Shown here one piece after another: positions 57,367 through 60,749 of a stretch of DNA of 60,749 nucleotides. Each line of letters starts with the position of its first letter. The first letter of the stretch is position 1. The notes under the pieces are model-generated. The model did no database searches. It was not told the DNA's origin and was given only the letters and a program-made list of their open reading frames with translations. The translations under genes were made by a program, and so were the position numbers. The DNA lies in the NCBI GenBank assembly GCA_964631735.1, contig CAZVZV010000230.1, positions 1 through 60,749 of the forward strand, written 5' to 3'. The DNA is from an uncultured Enterobacteriaceae bacterium (GTDB lineage: Bacteria; Pseudomonadota; Gammaproteobacteria; Burkholderiales; SG8-39).

Positions 57367-59436
57367 TTACTCGGAGGCCAGCACCACTCCGAACACGCGC
57401 CGCTTGAGTTCGGCGAGTCGGTCGCGCAGCGCGGCCGCCTTCTCGAACTCGAGGTTGCGCGCGTGCCCGATCATGTCCTTCTCCAGCTGCCGGATCTCCC
57501 TGGCGACCTGCTTTTCGCTCATCGCCTCGTAACGCGCCTCGTCCTGCGCGGCCTTGCGTTCGGCGGCGGCTTCGCCGGCGTCGTACACGCCTTCGATCAT
57601 GTCCTTGACGCCCTTGGAGATGCCCTTGGGCGTGATTTTGTGCAACGCGTTGTAGTCGATCTGCCTGTTGCGCCGGCGCTCGGTCTCGCCGATCGCGCGC
57701 CGCATTGAATCGGTCATCACATCGGCATACAGGATCGCGCTGCCATTGATGTGGCGCGCTGCCCGGCCGATAGTCTGGATCAGCGAGCGCTCGGAGCGCA
57801 GGAAACCTTCCTTGTCGGCGTCCAGGATCGCCACCAGCGAAACCTCGGGCAGGTCGAGCCCTTCGCGCAGCAAGTTGATGCCGACCAGCACGTCGAATTC
57901 CCCAAGGCGCAGATCGCGGATGATCTCGACGCGCTCGACCGTCTCCACCTCGGAATGCAGGTAGCGCACTTTGACGCCATGCTCCGCCAGGTACTCGGTG
58001 AGTTCCTCGGCCATGCGCTTGGTCAGGGTGGTCACCAGTACGCGCTCGTGCTTTTGCACGCGCTCATGGATCTCCGACATCAGGTCGTCCACCTGCGCGG
58101 CGGCCGGGCGCACCGTCACCTGCGGGTCCACCAGGCCGGTCGGGCGCACCAGCTGCTCCACCACCTGCGCCGACTTCCGGCGCTCGTAGTCGGCGGGTGT
58201 GGCCGAGACGAACACCGTCTGTCGCACCACCTGCTCGAACTCGTCGAAGCGCAGCGGCCGGTTGTCCAGCGCCGAGGGCAGGCGAAAGCCGTACTCGACC
58301 AGGTTCTCCTTGCGCGAGCGGTCACCCTTGTACATGCCGCTCAGCTGGCCGATGGTGACGTGGCTCTCGTCGACGATCATCAGCGCGTCGGAGGGCAGGT
58401 AATCGATCAGCGTCGGCGGCGGCTCTCCCGCCTTGCGCCCGGACAAATGGCGCGAGTAGTTCTCGATGCCTTTGCAAAAACCCAGCTCGGCGAGCATTTC
58501 CAGGTCGAAGCGCGTGCGCTGCTCGATCCTCTGCGCTTCGACCAGGCGCGTCGCCTGGTGGAAGAACTCGATGCGGCTGCGCAGCTCCGCCTTGATCGCC
58601 TCGACCGCGCGCAGCACAGTTTCACGCGGCGTCACATAATGGCTCGAGGGATAGACGGTGAAGCGCGGCAGCGCGTGCAGCACGTGGCCGGTCAGCGGAT
58701 CGAACAACTGCAGTCGCTCGATGCCGTCCTCGGCGAGCGAGATGCGCAATGCGTGCTCGGCATGCTCGGCGGGAAATACGTCGATCACGTCGCCGCGCAC
58801 GCGGAACACGCCGCGCCGGAAATCGATGTCGTTCCTTTCGTACTGCATCGCCACCAGGCGCGCAATGACCTCGCGCTGCGAACCCTTCTCGCCCTCGCGC
58901 AGGTGCAGGATCATGCCGTGGTACTCGGCGGGGTCGCCGATGCCGTAGATCGCAGACACGGTGGCGACGATCACCACGTCGCGGCGCTCCAGCAGCGACT
59001 TGGTCGCCGACAGGCGCATCTGCTCGATATGCTCGTTGATCGAGGAATCCTTCTCGATGTACAAGTCGCGCGACGGCACGTAGGCCTCGGGCTGGTAGTA
59101 GTCGTAGTAGGAAACGAAGTACTCCACCGCATTGTCGGGAAAGAACTCGCGGAATTCCGAGTACAACTGCGCGGCAAGGGTCTTGTTGGGCGCCAGTACC
59201 AGCGCCGGCCGGCCCAGGCGGGCGATGACGTGCGCCATGGTGTAGGTCTTGCCCGAGCCGGTGACGCCGAGCAAGGTCTGGAAGGCAAGGCCGTCCTGCA
59301 ACCCCTCGATCAGCTTGTCGATCGCTTCGGGCTGGTCGCCCGCCGGCGCGAACGGCTGGTGCAGCCGGTAGGGGCTGTTGGGGAAAGTCGGCGCCACGGG
59401 TAGAATTTCGGCTGGAGAAACGAACGATGCTAGCAC
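57367..59436 (-). CDS. uvrB: excinuclease ABC subunit B
   Basis: ...[18 protein letters not shown]...[14 protein letters not shown]...[10 protein letters not shown]...DESH..., with a C-terminal UVR domain. Start is GTG 59436 or, more plausibly, GTG 59397. Confidence 0.92.
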   Translation of the reverse strand: MLASFVSPAEILPVAPTFPNSPYRLHQPFAPAGDQPEAIDKLIEGLQDGLAFQTLLGVTGSGKTYTMAHVIARLGRPALVLAPNKTLAAQLYSEFREFFPDNAVEYFVSYYDYYQPEAYVPSRDLYIEKDSSINEHIEQMRLSATKSLLERRDVVIVATVSAIYGIGDPAEYHGMILHLREGEKGSQREVIARLVAMQYERNDIDFRRGVFRVRGDVIDVFPAEHAEHALRISLAEDGIERLQLFDPLTGHVLHALPRFTVYPSSHYVTPRETVLRAVEAIKAELRSRIEFFHQATRLVEAQRIEQRTRFDLEMLAELGFCKGIENYSRHLSGRKAGEPPPTLIDYLPSDALMIVDESHVTIGQLSGMYKGDRSRKENLVEYGFRLPSALDNRPLRFDEFEQVVRQTVFVSATPADYERRKSAQVVEQLVRPTGLVDPQVTVRPAAAQVDDLMSEIHERVQKHERVLVTTLTKRMAEELTEYLAEHGVKVRYLHSEVETVERVEIIRDLRLGEFDVLVGINLLREGLDLPEVSLVAILDADKEGFLRSERSLIQTIGRAARHINGSAILYADVMTDSMRRAIGETERRRNRQIDYNALHKITPKGISKGVKDMIEGVYDAGEAAAERKAAQDEARYEAMSEKQVAREIRQLEKDMIGHARNLEFEKAAALRDRLAELKRRVFGVVLASE

Positions 59437-59437
59437 G

Positions 59438-60655
59438 ATGAACGCGCCTCACTCACCCTCCCTCCTCGCTGCGGTGCCGATGGCGCCGAAGGACCCGATC
59501 CTCGGCATCACCGAGCTCTACGTCGCGGACAAGAACCCGCACAAGGTCAACCTCGGGGTGGGCGTGTATTACGACGAAAACGGAAAAGTGCCGCTGCTCG
59601 AATGTGTGCGGCAGGCGGAACAGCAGCAGGTGCAATCGGGTGCGTCGCGGCCTTATCTCCCGATCGACGGCCTGCAGTCCTACGATCAGGCCGTGCAGGC
59701 GCTGGTGTTCGGCGCGGAAGCGCCGGCAACGAAGGAAAAGCGCGTCGTCACTGTGCAGGCGCTGGGCGGCACGGGCGGCCTCAGGATCGGTGCCGATTTC
59801 CTCAAGCAATTGAGTCCTGATGCGCAGGTCTGGATCAGCGAGCCGAGCTGGGAGAACCACCGCGCGCTGTTCGAGAGCGCCGGCTTCAAGGTCAACGCCT
59901 ATCCGTACTACGACTCGGCCACCCGCGGACTGAAATTCGAGGCGATGCTGGGGGCGCTGGGCGCGTTGCCCTCGGGCACCATCGTCGTACTGCATTCCTG
60001 CTGCCACAACCCCACCGGGGTGGACTTGAGCCAGGAACAGTGGCGCAAAGTCCTCGCCGTGGTGCAGGCGCGCGGCCTGGTGCCTTTCCTCGACCTCGCC
60101 TACCAGGGCTTTGCCGACGGCATCGACGCCGATGCCTACGCCGCACGGCTGTTCGCCGCAGCCATGTCACCGGTGTTTCTATCGAGTTCCTTTTCCAAGT
60201 CGCTGTCGCTCTACGGCGAGCGCATCGGCGCCTTTAGTCTCGTCGCCGGCAGCGCCGACGAAGCGGCGCGCGCGCTGTCGCACCTCAAGCGCATCGTGCG
60301 CACCACCTACTCCAACCCGCCGACCCATGGCGGCGACATCGTCGCGCGCGTGCTCACCAACCCCGCGCTGCGGCAACTGTGGGAGCAGGAACTCGGCGGC
60401 ATGCGCGAGCGGATCAAGGCGATGCGCAAGGCGCTGGCCGAAGGGATCGCGCAGCGCGTGCCGGGCGCCGACTGGAGCTTCGTGCTCAGGCAACGCGGCT
60501 TGTTCTCCTATACCGGCCTGAGCAAGACCCAGGTCGAACGCCTGCGCACGGAATTCTCGATTTACGCCATCGAGACCGGGCGCGTCTGCGTCGCTGCGAT
60601 CAACGCGAAAAACATCGGCTACGTCGCCGACGCGATCGCGAAAGTAATCCGGTAG
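59438..60655 (+). CDS. aspartate/aromatic amino acid aminotransferase (class I, AspC/TyrB-like)
   Basis: ...[10 protein letters not shown]...[14 protein letters not shown]...[11 protein letters not shown]...[16 protein letters not shown] (PLP-binding Lys)...YSNPP.HG. Confidence 0.88.
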   Translation: MNAPHSPSLLAAVPMAPKDPILGITELYVADKNPHKVNLGVGVYYDENGKVPLLECVRQAEQQQVQSGASRPYLPIDGLQSYDQAVQALVFGAEAPATKEKRVVTVQALGGTGGLRIGADFLKQLSPDAQVWISEPSWENHRALFESAGFKVNAYPYYDSATRGLKFEAMLGALGALPSGTIVVLHSCCHNPTGVDLSQEQWRKVLAVVQARGLVPFLDLAYQGFADGIDADAYAARLFAAAMSPVFLSSSFSKSLSLYGERIGAFSLVAGSADEAARALSHLKRIVRTTYSNPPTHGGDIVARVLTNPALRQLWEQELGGMRERIKAMRKALAEGIAQRVPGADWSFVLRQRGLFSYTGLSKTQVERLRTEFSIYAIETGRVCVAAINAKNIGYVADAIAKVIR

Positions 60656-60673
60656 AATTGCGCCCCTCTCGGG

Positions 60674-60749
60674 TCCCCGATAGCTCAGTTGGTAGAGCGA
60701 CGGACTGTTAATCCGCAGGTCCCAGGTTCGAGCCCTGGTCGGGGAGCCA
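60674..60749 (+). tRNA. tRNA-Asn (anticodon GUU)
   Basis: TCCCCGATAGCTCAGTTGGTAGAGCGACGGACTGTTAATCCGCAGGTCCCAGGTTCGAGCCCTGGTCGGGGAGCCA, ending at the window edge. Confidence 0.93.

Noticed and set aside
57751-59403. 550-aa ORF antisense to uvrB
   Set aside because: UvrB on the minus strand is full-length and highly conserved. The antisense product has low-complexity composition.

Overview
GC-rich bacterial chromosomal segment with gene order that looks betaproteobacterial (inference from synteny). I call about 75 protein genes, 4 tRNAs, 2 intrinsic terminators and a few regulatory sites. Most of the window is conserved housekeeping synteny: guaA | tadA; mtnA; ygfZ / mltG-tmk-holB; uvrC-pgsA-tRNA(Gly,Cys,Leu); efp; nagZ-acpS-pdxJ-recO-era-rnc-lepB-lepA; degP-rseB-rseA-rpoE; fabF-acpP-fabG-fabD-fabH-plsX-rpmF-yceD; maf; sppA; rluC | rne; uvrB | aminotransferase; tRNA-Asn. 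Three stretches look accessory. (1) 0.7-9.6 kb: the 3' end of guaA occurs three times (intact gene, 78-nt copy, 165-nt deleted copy). These copies bracket two inserted segments between guaA and tadA. The second segment carries a four-gene module of exported proteins: a caspase-like protease fused to an EF-hand loop and a cysteine-less FGE/SUMF1-like domain, two DUF4384-type proteins, and a divergent Sec-signal Hcp-like protein. This is my best candidate for an undescribed system. A vapBC pair follows it. (2) 19.0-24.2 kb: a NicX/NicD-like ring-cleavage pair joined to acyl-CoA dehydrogenase, CoA ligase and hydratase genes. (3) 24.3-29.2 kb: a partner-switching set (STAS protein, MBL-fold hydrolase, CHASE2-PP2C phosphatase, FecR-like and OmpA-like proteins, RsbW-like kinase) with no sigma factor nearby. 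No integrase, transposase, IS element, CRISPR array or rRNA was seen. Many long ORFs in the track are antisense or out-of-frame artefacts of high GC and were rejected. All family assignments come from reading motifs by eye, with no database search.
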